Positions 26,273 through 36,312 of a stretch of 64,000 nucleotides of DNA are shown in pieces. The DNA lies in assembly GCA_016180855.1 (NCBI GenBank), contig JACPAL010000002.1:245788-309787 (forward strand). Direction: 5' to 3'. Within the stretch, counting starts at the first letter, position 1. Each line of letters begins with the position of its first letter. The position numbers were made by a program, and so were the translations under genes. The DNA is from Deltaproteobacteria bacterium. GTDB taxonomy: Bacteria; UBA10199; JACPAL01. A model generated the notes under the pieces. The model made no database searches and was not told the DNA's origin. It was given only the letters and a program-made list of their open reading frames with translations.

Positions 26273-26587
26273 TCATTTTGATAGGATAGATACCGCTGCC
26301 TCTCTCAAGAGACCGACTATCATTGTGTCCGCAATAATCAGGAGGATGAACACGAGGATCGGCGAGAAGTCGATCCCCGTCTTGTAGCGGAGCGATGAGG
26401 GGAGCAATCGGCGTGCCAATCTGAAGCATGGTTCGGTTACCATATAGAGGAAGCGGACGATTGGATTATACGGGTCTGGTCGTACCCAGCTGATAAGCAC
26501 CGCGATGGCGACGATAAAGGTGTACATGTCGATTAAGAAGTCAAGAACTCGCGCAATCGTCTGCAAGAGGTAACCAAGGACGATCAT
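26273..26587 (-). CDS. yggT: YggT-family membrane protein
   Basis: Two-TM YGGT/Ycf19 pattern in the conserved yggS-proC-yggT neighbourhood. Confidence 0.7.
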   Translation of the reverse strand: MIVLGYLLQTIARVLDFLIDMYTFIVAIAVLISWVRPDPYNPIVRFLYMVTEPCFRLARRLLPSSLRYKTGIDFSPILVFILLIIADTMIVGLLREAAVSILSK

Positions 26588-27417
26588 GTTAACTCCCCAA
26601 ATTCTTCTCTTAGTTCGCGACCCCGTTTCGTGGCCGCCTCAATAGTTTTCTCGATTATATTCTGAAAATGATAACGATGCAGGATGCGGAGCCCTGCCTC
26701 GGTCGTTCCCCCTTTGGAGGCGACATTCGTAATAAGCGTTTGCAACGGTCTGTTGCCTTGCTCTGCCAGCAAGCCGGCGCCTATCAGTGTTTGAGAGGCA
26801 AGCGTTTTACTGGTTTCCTGGGGCAATCCCATTTTTTTCCCTCCCTCGATGAGGGCATTAAGAAACAGGTAAACGAACGCCGGCCCTGCGCCCGAGAGGG
26901 CCGTAACAGCATCCATCTGGCCCTCTTTCGAGATGAACAGGCATTTTCCGACGGCGGAAAAGATTTTATAGGCTGTTTTTCTGTCTCTTTGTGAGACGCC
27001 AGATGCGTAAAGGGCGGTTATCCCTGCACCCAACTTTGCAGGGGTGTTTGGCATCGCCCGGATTAACCGGATTTTGTCCCCAAGAGAGTGACGGTAGAAC
27101 TTTATGTCGAGTCCCGCCGCGACGGTAATGATCAGACTCCTCGCTTTTACAGTGCTCGCAATCTCTTTTAATACGGCAGACATCTGTTGAGGTTTCACCG
27201 CTAAAATCAGGATGGGGGTGGTCCCTGCCAGTTCACGATTGGAGCAAAAGAGGCGGAGATTGTATTTTTTTTGCAACTCCCGGCTCCTTTTGGTATGGGC
27301 GGTGGTGATGCCGATCTCTTGAGGAAGGTATATTTTTTTTCGGATGAGACCGGCGAGGATCGCCTCACCCATGTTACCGGCCCCGAGGAAGCCGATTTTG
27401 ATGTTTCTCATCCTCAT
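26584..27417 (-). CDS. proC: pyrroline-5-carboxylate reductase
   Basis: N-terminal NADP Rossmann motif IGFLGAGNMGEAI and a P5CR dimerisation domain. Confidence 0.85.
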   Translation of the reverse strand: MRMRNIKIGFLGAGNMGEAILAGLIRKKIYLPQEIGITTAHTKRSRELQKKYNLRLFCSNRELAGTTPILILAVKPQQMSAVLKEIASTVKARSLIITVAAGLDIKFYRHSLGDKIRLIRAMPNTPAKLGAGITALYASGVSQRDRKTAYKIFSAVGKCLFISKEGQMDAVTALSGAGPAFVYLFLNALIEGGKKMGLPQETSKTLASQTLIGAGLLAEQGNRPLQTLITNVASKGGTTEAGLRILHRYHFQNIIEKTIEAATKRGRELREEFGELT

Positions 27418-28181
27418 TTTTTTGTTTCACGCATTCCAAAAATCCCCGTTCCAATTCGAACCATCGTTGCCCCCTCTTCAATCGCCACCTCGAAATCATT
27501 GGTCATCCCCATAGAGAGGTGCCCCAGAAGGCTTTTATAGTGTCTCTTTTCATTAATTTCATCTCGAATCTCTCGCAATTGACGAAAATAAGGACGCGTC
27601 TTTTCGGGATCTTCTGAGAATGGGGGGAGTGTCATAAAGCCTTGCAAGGAAATATGATCATATCCATTCATTGCAAGAACCATTTCTTGCAGGGGCGTCC
27701 CTTGGTGAGCCCCGATTTTAATTCCTGATTTCGATTTCTCTCCCCCCAGATTAACTTCAATCAAAACCGCCTGGATCTTTCCTGTTTTTCCCGCCTGTTT
27801 ATCAATTTCATCTACGAGTCCTGGCGAATCAACGGAGTGAATAACGGAAGTCAGTGGCAGGATCTGTTTGACCTTGTTTCTTTGAAGATGGCCGATGAAG
27901 TGCCATTCTATCGGGTGTAGGGGTGCCGCTGGGTGCGCCCTCGATTTGGGCGTAACATCCTCCAGGCGTAGCGCTCCCCAATGATTGACCATCTCCTGTG
28001 CATAATTCTCTCCTATATCGAGCAGGCCACTTTGAACCGCTTCATACAACCTTTCTTTCGGTTGTCCCTTGGCCACTCCAATCAATCTCACCTCCGACCG
28101 AGAACGGCCCGACCGCTGACACGCCGTGTCGATCTTTTTTCTGACGATTTCGAGCCGTTCGGCCATGAAGTTTGTGGACAT
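27414..28181 (-). CDS. yggS: YggS-family PLP-binding protein (PLPBP)
   Basis: Alanine-racemase N-terminal-like TIM barrel with LIGVAKGQP...GENYAQE...WHFIGHLQRNK. Confidence 0.85.
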   Translation of the reverse strand: MSTNFMAERLEIVRKKIDTACQRSGRSRSEVRLIGVAKGQPKERLYEAVQSGLLDIGENYAQEMVNHWGALRLEDVTPKSRAHPAAPLHPIEWHFIGHLQRNKVKQILPLTSVIHSVDSPGLVDEIDKQAGKTGKIQAVLIEVNLGGEKSKSGIKIGAHQGTPLQEMVLAMNGYDHISLQGFMTLPPFSEDPEKTRPYFRQLREIRDEINEKRHYKSLLGHLSMGMTNDFEVAIEEGATMVRIGTGIFGMRETKK

Positions 28182-28310
28182 CGAATCAACCGGTTGTTAT
28201 AATTCCTGTACGCAAGAGTTCATCACATCTTCACCGCTCTTTCTCAAGCAAGATATGGCAGGGGGGGATTGTTTTTTGATTTCACCTTGAGAGGGTGAAG
28301 AGCAGGCAGA

Positions 28311-30389
28311 ATGGGGGGATCCATGGCACCAAACAACGATGTCCTGAATTACATTCAGGAGCTTCATAATGCACGTCAGTACACCGACCTCAGTTGGAGT
28401 GGCACGATGGAAGAATATTTGGAGATTGTGAGAAAAACTCCCTCTGTCGCCCGGTCGGCCTTCCAGCGGATTTACGACATGATCCTCTTCCATGGATCTG
28501 AGGAGTACATGGATCACAAGAAGAAGGTGAATCGCTACCGGTTCTTCTCGGATCCTCTCGATAACGGTCGGGATGCGATTTTCGGTCTCGATATCCCCCT
28601 CATGAAGTTGGTGAATATCTTTAAGGCGGCTGCTCATGGGTATGGCCCGGAAAAAAGGGTCATCCTCCTGCATGGCCCGGTGGGTAGTTCTAAAAGCACC
28701 ATTGTCAGGCTTCTGAAGAAAGGGATTGAACATTATTCCCGCACCCCTCAGGGGGGAGTTTACACCTTCAGTTGGCTCCGAGGGGATCTCGATCGGTCGT
28801 TGTTCGGTGCCGCCGACCGGTTTCCCTGTCCGATGCATGAAGATCCGTTGCGGCTTATCCCTTCCGATATTCGACAGGAGTTTTTGAAGAAAGTGAACGA
28901 AAATCTGCCCGAATCCCAGAAGGTTCGGGTTGAGGGAGATCTCTGTCCTCCCTGCCGTTTTCTATTTAGGGAGATCAGTGATTATTACCGTGGAGATTGG
29001 ACCAAGCTGGCGAGTCATATCCGTGTGCGCCGGATCGTTCTTTCGGAAAAGGACCGGATCGGCATCGGGACCTTTCAACCCAAGGATGAAAAAAATCAGG
29101 ATTCCACGGAGCTGACGGGCGATATCAATTATCGGAAGATTGCGGAGTATGGGTCTGATTCAGATCCGCGTGCCTTCAATTTTGATGGGGAATTCAACAT
29201 CGCGAACCGGGGGATTGTTGAGTTTATTGAGATGCTGAAGCTCGATGTCGCTTTTCTGTACGACCTCCTGGGGGCCTCCCAGGAACACAAGGTCAAGCCA
29301 AAGAAATTTGCGCAGACCGACATTGACGAAGTGATTATCGGGCACACCAATGAGGCGGAATATCGCAAGCTGCAGAATAACGAGTATATGGAGGCGCTCC
29401 GGGATCGGACCTTGAAGGTTGATGTTCCCTACATTACCAAGCTTCATGAAGAGAAGAAAATCTATGGTAGGGATTTTAATCCGCAACGAATTCAGGGAAA
29501 GCATATCGCACCACATACCATTGAAATGGCGGCGATGTGGGCCGTTCTGACCCGTATTCAGGAGCCGAAGAAGGCGAATCTGACCCTCCTTCAAAAACTG
29601 AAGTTGTATGATGGACAAAAACTGCCCGGTTACACCGAGGAGACGGTGAAAGAACTTCGCAAGGAGGCGATGCGTGAGGGATTGGATGGGATCTCACCCC
29701 GTTACATCCAGGACAAGATCTCCAATACGCTGGTCATGGATCGTGACGAGGGTTGCATCAACCCGTTTATGGTGCTGAATGAACTCGAAAGCGGTCTCAA
29801 GCATCACTCACTGATCAAGAACGAAGACCAGAAGAAGCGCTTTCATGATCTGCTCACGGTTGTCAAAGACGAATACGAGGATATCATCAAGAATGAGGTC
29901 CAGAGGGCCGTTTCGGCGGATGAAGAAGGGATCAGCCGGCTTTGCAGCAACTACATTGACAACGTCAAGGCGTACACCCAGCGCGAAAAGGTGAAAAACA
30001 AATACAGCGGGCAGTACGAGGAGCCTGATGAAAGGCTCATGCGCCAGATTGAGGAAAAGATTGATATCCCGGAAGGGCGTAAGGACGATTTTCGTCGGGA
30101 GATCATGAATTACATCGGTGCCCTGGCTCTGGAGGGGAGGGTGTTTGATTATCGTACTAACGAAAGGTTGTGTCGTGCCCTGGAACTCAAACTGTTTGAG
30201 GACCAGAAGGACTCCCTCAAGCTGGCGAGTATTGTGACGAATGTGGTTGATCCGGCGACCCAGGAGAAGATCGGTGTCGTCCGGAGCCGCCTGATCAAGA
30301 ACAACGGCTACTGTGACGTTTGTGCCAAAGATGTGATGACATACGTCACGAGTATTTTTGCTAGAGGGGATGTCAAGGGGAAGGGTTGA
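28311..30389 (+). CDS. prkA: PrkA-family serine protein kinase (AAA-type)
   Basis: Walker [15 protein letters not shown] with a PrkA N-terminal and C-terminal architecture. Followed by yeaH and spoVR homologues. Confidence 0.85.
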   Translation: MGGSMAPNNDVLNYIQELHNARQYTDLSWSGTMEEYLEIVRKTPSVARSAFQRIYDMILFHGSEEYMDHKKKVNRYRFFSDPLDNGRDAIFGLDIPLMKLVNIFKAAAHGYGPEKRVILLHGPVGSSKSTIVRLLKKGIEHYSRTPQGGVYTFSWLRGDLDRSLFGAADRFPCPMHEDPLRLIPSDIRQEFLKKVNENLPESQKVRVEGDLCPPCRFLFREISDYYRGDWTKLASHIRVRRIVLSEKDRIGIGTFQPKDEKNQDSTELTGDINYRKIAEYGSDSDPRAFNFDGEFNIANRGIVEFIEMLKLDVAFLYDLLGASQEHKVKPKKFAQTDIDEVIIGHTNEAEYRKLQNNEYMEALRDRTLKVDVPYITKLHEEKKIYGRDFNPQRIQGKHIAPHTIEMAAMWAVLTRIQEPKKANLTLLQKLKLYDGQKLPGYTEETVKELRKEAMREGLDGISPRYIQDKISNTLVMDRDEGCINPFMVLNELESGLKHHSLIKNEDQKKRFHDLLTVVKDEYEDIIKNEVQRAVSADEEGISRLCSNYIDNVKAYTQREKVKNKYSGQYEEPDERLMRQIEEKIDIPEGRKDDFRREIMNYIGALALEGRVFDYRTNERLCRALELKLFEDQKDSLKLASIVTNVVDPATQEKIGVVRSRLIKNNGYCDVCAKDVMTYVTSIFARGDVKGKG

Positions 30390-30409
30390 TGTAGGGGTGT
30401 TCCACCATT

Positions 30410-31522
30410 TTGTTTATGTTCGTAAAGATTGATACCGATCACACCCGCTTTAAAGAGATCATCCGCGGGAAAATCAAGAAAGAGCTCCGTAAATTTATCA
30501 CAAAAGGGGAGTTGATTGGTCGGGAGGGGAAGGATGTGATCAGCATCCCCCTTCCCCAGATTGAGATTCCTCGATTCGCCTTCGGCTCCAAGCAGATGGG
30601 GGGGGTTGGGCAGGGGGATGGCGAACCCGGCACTGTGATTGGAGTTGGTGAGGCGGAAGGGGGACAACCAAAGGCTGGAAATGAGCCCGGAGAGCATATC
30701 CTCGAGGTTGATGTGACCCTTGAGGAGCTGGCGAAGATTCTGGGTGAGGAGCTGGAGCTCCCCAAAATCGCCCCTAAGGGAGATGCCTCGATCATGGCGG
30801 AAAAAGACCGGTATACCGGTATCAGCACGGCGGGACCCGAATCACTCCGCCACTTTAAAAGGACCTATCGCCAGGCGCTAAAAAGGCAGATCTTAAGCGG
30901 CTCCTATAATCCCTCCCATCCGAAGGTTGTCCCTGTCCGTGAGGATCGCCGTTACCGGGTCTGGCGGGAATCAAAGCGTCCCGAAAGAAACGCCGTCATT
31001 ATCTATATGATGGATGTCTCCGGGAGTATGGGGACTGAACAGAAAGAGATTGTGAGGATTGAGTCGTTTTGGATCGATACCTGGCTTCGCTCCCAATATC
31101 AGGGACTCGAGACGCGCTACATTGTCCACGACGCCGTCGCACGGGAGGTCGATCGGGAGACGTTCTACCGGACCCGCGAGTCGGGAGGGACGATCATCTC
31201 GTCGGCCTACAAACTTTGTCTGGAAATGCTCAAGACGCGCTACGCCTCGTCCGAGTGGAATGTTTACCCCTTCCACTTTTCAGATGGGGATAACTGGTCC
31301 GGAAACGATACCCAGGAATGCCTCAAGCTGCTTCAGGAGGAGATTCTGCCTAATGTGAACGTCTTTTGTTACGGCCAGGTGGAGAGCGAATACGGAAGTG
31401 GGCAATTTTTGAAGGATTTGACGGAGAAATTTCCGAAAGAGGAACAGGTGATTACCTCCAAAATTTCGTCGCGCGAGGCAGTCTATGACTCGATCAAGGA
31501 TTTCTTGGGTAAAGGGAAGTGA
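30410..31522 (+). CDS. YeaH/YhbH family protein (DUF444)
   Basis: DUF444 signature ([16 protein letters not shown]) with a vWA-like C-terminus. Sits between prkA and spoVR. Confidence 0.8.
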   Translation: MFMFVKIDTDHTRFKEIIRGKIKKELRKFITKGELIGREGKDVISIPLPQIEIPRFAFGSKQMGGVGQGDGEPGTVIGVGEAEGGQPKAGNEPGEHILEVDVTLEELAKILGEELELPKIAPKGDASIMAEKDRYTGISTAGPESLRHFKRTYRQALKRQILSGSYNPSHPKVVPVREDRRYRVWRESKRPERNAVIIYMMDVSGSMGTEQKEIVRIESFWIDTWLRSQYQGLETRYIVHDAVAREVDRETFYRTRESGGTIISSAYKLCLEMLKTRYASSEWNVYPFHFSDGDNWSGNDTQECLKLLQEEILPNVNVFCYGQVESEYGSGQFLKDLTEKFPKEEQVITSKISSREAVYDSIKDFLGKGK

Positions 31523-32865
31523 CATCGATGGATGACTCTACACTGACCCCTGAGTTGGAAGGGTGGCGCCAACGGATTGAGGGATATGCGCGTCATTATG
31601 GTCTCGATTTCTTTGGGGTCGTCTTTGAGCTTCTCGATTGGAACGAAATTAATGTCGTTGCCTCCTACGGAGGGTTTCCCAGCCGGTATCCTCACTGGCG
31701 GTTCGGTATGGAATACGAGCACATGAGTAAATCGTACCGTTATGGGCTTTCCCGTATCTATGAAATGGTGATCAACAACAACCCCTGTTATGCCTATTTG
31801 CTCAAGTCGAACGGGATGATTGATCAAAAAATGGTCATGGCTCATGTCTTTGCGCATGCCGACTTTTTTAAGAACAACGTCTATTTCGCCGGGACAAACC
31901 CTAAAATGATTGATGTCATGGGGAACCACCGGACCAAGGTGCATCGGTATATCGATCGTTTTGGGCTGGATCGTGTAGAGGGTTTTATCGACCGGTGTCT
32001 CTCGCTCGAAAATCTGATTGATATCCACCGGCCTGCCGAGAGGCAAAAAAATGCCAGGCCACCCAAGATGCTGGATGAGAACTCCTTGGAGAGGATGAAG
32101 GGGAAACCTCTCCCTTCGGTGTCTGAGCGAATTCCACTTCAACCGGAGAGGGATGTTCTCTTGTTTATTCGGAACCATGCCTCTTTAGAGGAGTGGGAGA
32201 GGGATCTCGTGACCATGATCAGGGACGAGCAGCTTTATTTTGCTCCTCAGGCGCAAACGAAAATCTTGAATGAAGGGTGGGCCGCCTATTGGCATTCAAA
32301 AATAATGACCGAAAAGGTGTTGGATGACAGTGAGATAATTGATTATGCCCAACATCACTCGGCGACAGTTTCCCCCCAGCCTGGAAAGCTCAATCCGTAC
32401 AAGCTTGGCATGGAGCTACTCAGGGATGTTGAGCGACGGTTTGGTCATGAGAAAATATTCAAGGTCAGGGCCCTCCACAACGACCTGACCTTTATTGATG
32501 AATTCTTGACGGAGGAATTTTGTGAGGCCCAGAATTTTTTTGTCTACGGATTTAATCAGGCCAATGGGACGTATGAAATCACCGATCGGGACTTTAAAAA
32601 AGTCCGGGAGAAGCTCCTTGTGAGTCTAACCAACATGGGGGCGCCGATTGTCCAGGTGACGGATGGGAATTATGGGGGGCGTGGCGAATTAGGCCTCAAG
32701 CATCTGCATGAGGGGGTCGATCTTCGGCTTGATTGGGCCAAAGAGACCCTCTTGAGCCTGCAGGCACTCTGGAAGAGACCGGTTCATATCGAGACAATTG
32801 TTGAGGGGATTCCAAAATCATTTTCGTTTGATGGGGAGGAGCACCACGAACAGAGGATGACCTAG
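31519..32865 (+). CDS. SpoVR/YcgB family protein
   Basis: SpoVR family N-terminal region ([21 protein letters not shown]). Third member of the prkA-yeaH-ycgB triad. Confidence 0.8.
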   Translation: MTSMDDSTLTPELEGWRQRIEGYARHYGLDFFGVVFELLDWNEINVVASYGGFPSRYPHWRFGMEYEHMSKSYRYGLSRIYEMVINNNPCYAYLLKSNGMIDQKMVMAHVFAHADFFKNNVYFAGTNPKMIDVMGNHRTKVHRYIDRFGLDRVEGFIDRCLSLENLIDIHRPAERQKNARPPKMLDENSLERMKGKPLPSVSERIPLQPERDVLLFIRNHASLEEWERDLVTMIRDEQLYFAPQAQTKILNEGWAAYWHSKIMTEKVLDDSEIIDYAQHHSATVSPQPGKLNPYKLGMELLRDVERRFGHEKIFKVRALHNDLTFIDEFLTEEFCEAQNFFVYGFNQANGTYEITDRDFKKVREKLLVSLTNMGAPIVQVTDGNYGGRGELGLKHLHEGVDLRLDWAKETLLSLQALWKRPVHIETIVEGIPKSFSFDGEEHHEQRMT

Positions 32866-34400
32866 GGAGCTTGAATTTGGATTTTGTAGAGCTCCTTCAG
32901 TTTTCCCTCCTCAAAATCAAGCTCTTTGAATGTCACGGTGACGGACGGGACGGGACTTGCGGTGTCTGTTTCAACAAGGGCGTAGATCGAGGCGATTTTT
33001 TTGGCATGGTACGGTTCGCTTGGATGGCCCTTGATGGCCCAAGGGATGCGGTAGATCTCGCGGATGCCGGGATGGGTAACCCCGGGAGGCAACGTCTCTC
33101 CAACAGCCCGTTTGTAGTCGAGTGGAGAGGCGGAGAGGTCGAAAAGTGCCGTGGGGTTCGATGCTAAAGAAAACAGAACCGAATTGGGACTTTGTTGAAG
33201 AGGTTTCATCGACTCCTCCCAGTTCAAGACATTGAAGGAGGGAAAATGTTGGTCCCCTGACAGCGTAAAGACCCCACGAATCTGATGGGTCCGGGTAAAA
33301 TCGAGAACCTTCTTGCGTTCCTCCGCGTATCCCTCCCAGTTGTCAAACCACTTTTTGTCTCTGGAGCGGTCCCCTCCGGTGTCACTCCAGGACATGCTTG
33401 AAAGGATAATTTTAAAAGGATGACCGGCCTCTTCTGATTTTTTGAGCCCCTCAAGAAGCCATTGGAGTTGTTTCTCTCCGAGGAGTGTGTGCTCCGGCCC
33501 ATCGGGGCCCATCGGTGATTTGTACCATCGGCTGTCAATAACGAAAAAATCGACGTTGGCGGCAGAAAATCGATAGTAGAGTCCCCCCTCAGGCTCCAGG
33601 TAAGGTTGTACGGGAAAGGTTTCGTTAAAGACCTGTTTCGAGATCTCTTTATAAGGGTAGGTTCCATCGGAGCCATCTTCACCAAAGTCGTGGTCATCCC
33701 AAGTGGAGACAATTGGAAGGGCAGCGCTCATTTCCTGAAAATGCTTGTCAAAATTTCTCTGATATTTTTGCCGGAACGATTCAAGGACGGAATCTTCGCG
33801 TGGTAACGGTTCCCCTTCCTGCAAAAGTTTCTCTCGGTAGCCCCTGTCTCTCTTGATTTTATCAATATCGTTCAGATTGCCGTCATAATCGCCATAGATG
33901 TTGTCCCCCAGCAGGGCCATAAAATCGAGTGATTCTTCCTTCAGAAAGCCGAAGATGAAGTGGGGTCGGTACTTTTCCCGCAAACAGGAGGAAAAGGCAA
34001 AACGGAGCTTGCCAGGTTGCGAAGAAGCCGGGAGGGTCCTGAATTTTTTCCAATCGGTCGGCGGTGCTTTTTCAAATTCAACCTGATATTCGTAGGAGGT
34101 TGCCGGTTTGACTTCAGAGAGCCAGAGATTCGCCGTAAAATCATTTTTGGACTTCAGCGGATACCAGCTAGTGGCAGAGACCTTGTCGGAATCGGCCTCC
34201 CGGAACTGAATCCGGACCTTTGACTTCTCCCGTCCCTTCACGAGGATCGGGAGTCTCCCCTCCTGGATCAGACCGATGATGGGGGCCCGCCGGAGAAGCG
34301 GAGTTTTGTTGGGATTAGCCTCTTTCCCCCAGGATGAATTGGAAGAGAGAAACATTGAGACAACAAGACTCAAGGCAAACAGGGTTTTTAGGAAGTGCAT
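32862..34400 (-). CDS. secreted PhoD-like metallophosphoesterase (alkaline phosphatase D family)
   Basis: Signal peptide; metallophosphatase motifs GDNIYGD and WDDHDFG; N-terminal purple-acid-phosphatase-like beta domain. Confidence 0.7.
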   Translation of the reverse strand: MHFLKTLFALSLVVSMFLSSNSSWGKEANPNKTPLLRRAPIIGLIQEGRLPILVKGREKSKVRIQFREADSDKVSATSWYPLKSKNDFTANLWLSEVKPATSYEYQVEFEKAPPTDWKKFRTLPASSQPGKLRFAFSSCLREKYRPHFIFGFLKEESLDFMALLGDNIYGDYDGNLNDIDKIKRDRGYREKLLQEGEPLPREDSVLESFRQKYQRNFDKHFQEMSAALPIVSTWDDHDFGEDGSDGTYPYKEISKQVFNETFPVQPYLEPEGGLYYRFSAANVDFFVIDSRWYKSPMGPDGPEHTLLGEKQLQWLLEGLKKSEEAGHPFKIILSSMSWSDTGGDRSRDKKWFDNWEGYAEERKKVLDFTRTHQIRGVFTLSGDQHFPSFNVLNWEESMKPLQQSPNSVLFSLASNPTALFDLSASPLDYKRAVGETLPPGVTHPGIREIYRIPWAIKGHPSEPYHAKKIASIYALVETDTASPVPSVTVTFKELDFEEGKLKELYKIQIQAP

Positions 34401-34403
34401 TTT

Positions 34404-35222
34404 TTAATCCCCCTTAAGTTTTGAATAGTCCGGTTTTCTTTTTTCGAGAAAGGCAGACATCCCCTCCTTCAGTTCAGGGCTGCCATAGATCTTTGGTAAT
34501 TTTTTAAGGTCCTTTTCGATCTTTGTGAGGAGCCCCTCATAGAGGGAGGCCCTTGCTAGTGCAATCGCCTGAGGACTCTTCTCCAGGATTTCGCGGCAGA
34601 TTAGCTCCGTGATTGAATTAAGACTCAACTCCGGGACTACCTTGTTAATGAGTCCCATCTCGAGGGCCTCACGGGCCGGGTATTGATGACAGAGAAAGGC
34701 GATCTCATGCGCCTTTTTGGGGCCGACTAAGAGCGGGAGGATTTGGGTCCCTCCCCAAAGCGGCGCACTCCCGACCTTGGGGCCTGTCTGACCAAAGACC
34801 GATTTTTCGCTGGCAATTGTCAGATCACAGAAGAGCTGGATTTCATTACCACCGCCAAGGCAGTAACCGTTGACCTTGGCGATGATCGGTTTGGGGGAGG
34901 CAATGAAACTCTTTGCGAGCTTGAGGAGCTTTGTGACAAAGAGACGGCCGGTCTTTGCGGATAAATCGTTCATCTCGGCGATGTCTCCTCCCACACAAAA
35001 CGCCTTGTTGCCGGCACCCGTGATGACGATAACGCCAACCTCTCTCTCTTTTATAGCCGTCCGGATCGCCCTTTCCATCTCCATGATTGTTTGTCCCCGA
35101 AAGGCATTCAGTTTGTCCGGGCGATTGATCGTAATGGTGGCAATTCCATTGTGAGATTTGAGAAGGATGTCTTGAAACGTCATCTTAAGCCCGCCTGTCT
35201 CTTCCCATATTGTAGAAATCAA
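34404..35222 (-). CDS. enoyl-CoA hydratase/isomerase (crotonase) family protein
   Basis: ITINRPDKLNAF...VIVITGAGNKAFCVGGDI. Start is probably the internal ATG (MTFQD, around 35183). Confidence 0.75.
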   Translation of the reverse strand: MISTIWEETGGLKMTFQDILLKSHNGIATITINRPDKLNAFRGQTIMEMERAIRTAIKEREVGVIVITGAGNKAFCVGGDIAEMNDLSAKTGRLFVTKLLKLAKSFIASPKPIIAKVNGYCLGGGNEIQLFCDLTIASEKSVFGQTGPKVGSAPLWGGTQILPLLVGPKKAHEIAFLCHQYPAREALEMGLINKVVPELSLNSITELICREILEKSPQAIALARASLYEGLLTKIEKDLKKLPKIYGSPELKEGMSAFLEKRKPDYSKLKGD

Positions 35223-35310
35223 TCAACAGAATTTTGTTGATTTTTTTGGCTTTGTACATACGTCATAGTCATTACGAGTCGAAGTACTTAGGCGATTGAA
35301 GTTCAAAGGT

Positions 35311-36312
35311 ATGAAAAAAACTGAATTTTCAAAAGAGACCGTTATTGCGGTCGATCTGGGCGGTACCAATCTTCGCGTTGGGGCGGTATCCGCTAAGGGT
35401 GAGGTTTTAGCAGTTGAGAAAATCCCAACGCTTTCGAAGGAGAAGAAAGAGATCGGCCTTGAACAGATCGCCTTGGGCATTGACTCTTTGATACAGAAGA
35501 ATTCACTGGGTCGCCCTTACGCTCTGGCTCTGGGTATCCCCGGAATTGTCGAACAAAAAACCGGGGTTGTTTATTGTTCGCCTCATTTTCCAGACTGGAA
35601 GTCGGTTGAGGCGCGCTCTTATTTTGAAAAGAGGTTTTCCTGCCCGGTGGTCGTTGATAACGATGCCCATATGATCGCCCGTGGAGAGGGCTGGAAGGGT
35701 ACAGGGAAGGGATTAGAACATTTTATTCTTGTGACGCTAGGCACGGGTATTGGCGGCGCCCTGGTCTGTAACAGATCTATTTTTCATGGGGACAGCGGCT
35801 TTGCGGCAGAAATCGGTCACATGGTGATTGAGTCCGAGGGGCGCCCTTGCAACTGTGGGAGCCACGGTTGTTGGGAGATGTATGCCTCGGCAACGGGGCT
35901 TCTCTACGGCATTGAACATGATAAAGTGAAGAATAAGGAAAGGGACAAACTTCTTGAACGGTTTGGCGGTCTTTTGAAGGTGACGGTGGCCAGGCTTTAC
36001 GAATCGGTTCAGGAGGGTGATCTTTACGCCCATGCAGTCTTTCAGAAGTTGGGTTACCATTTGGGTATCGGAATTGCCTCGCTTGTCAATATTACGGGGA
36101 TTGAAACGGTGATTTTAGCGGGCGGTGTCAGTCGCGCCTGGGATTTTTTTGTCGGTCCTATGAAAAAAGAGACAGCCCTCCGGACCTACAAGGAGACCGC
36201 CAGTCGGATTCAGATCAAGCAATCCACATTGGGAGATGAGGCGGGATTGATCGGCGGGTCAGCTGCGTTTTTCCAGAATTTTCAACATCATCGGCAGGAA
36301 GACAAGGGTTGA
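35311..36312 (+). CDS. ROK-family sugar kinase (glucokinase-like)
   Basis: IAVDLGGTNLRVG ATP motif and the ROK zinc motif CNCGSHGCWE. Confidence 0.8.
   Translation: MKKTEFSKETVIAVDLGGTNLRVGAVSAKGEVLAVEKIPTLSKEKKEIGLEQIALGIDSLIQKNSLGRPYALALGIPGIVEQKTGVVYCSPHFPDWKSVEARSYFEKRFSCPVVVDNDAHMIARGEGWKGTGKGLEHFILVTLGTGIGGALVCNRSIFHGDSGFAAEIGHMVIESEGRPCNCGSHGCWEMYASATGLLYGIEHDKVKNKERDKLLERFGGLLKVTVARLYESVQEGDLYAHAVFQKLGYHLGIGIASLVNITGIETVILAGGVSRAWDFFVGPMKKETALRTYKETASRIQIKQSTLGDEAGLIGGSAAFFQNFQHHRQEDKG

Noticed and set aside
34404-35222. Calling the crotonase-fold protein MenB (naphthoate synthase)
   Set aside because: The generic enoyl-CoA hydratase fingerprint is present, but MenB-specific residues cannot be confirmed from memory and there is no men gene context. 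It is kept as a family-level call.
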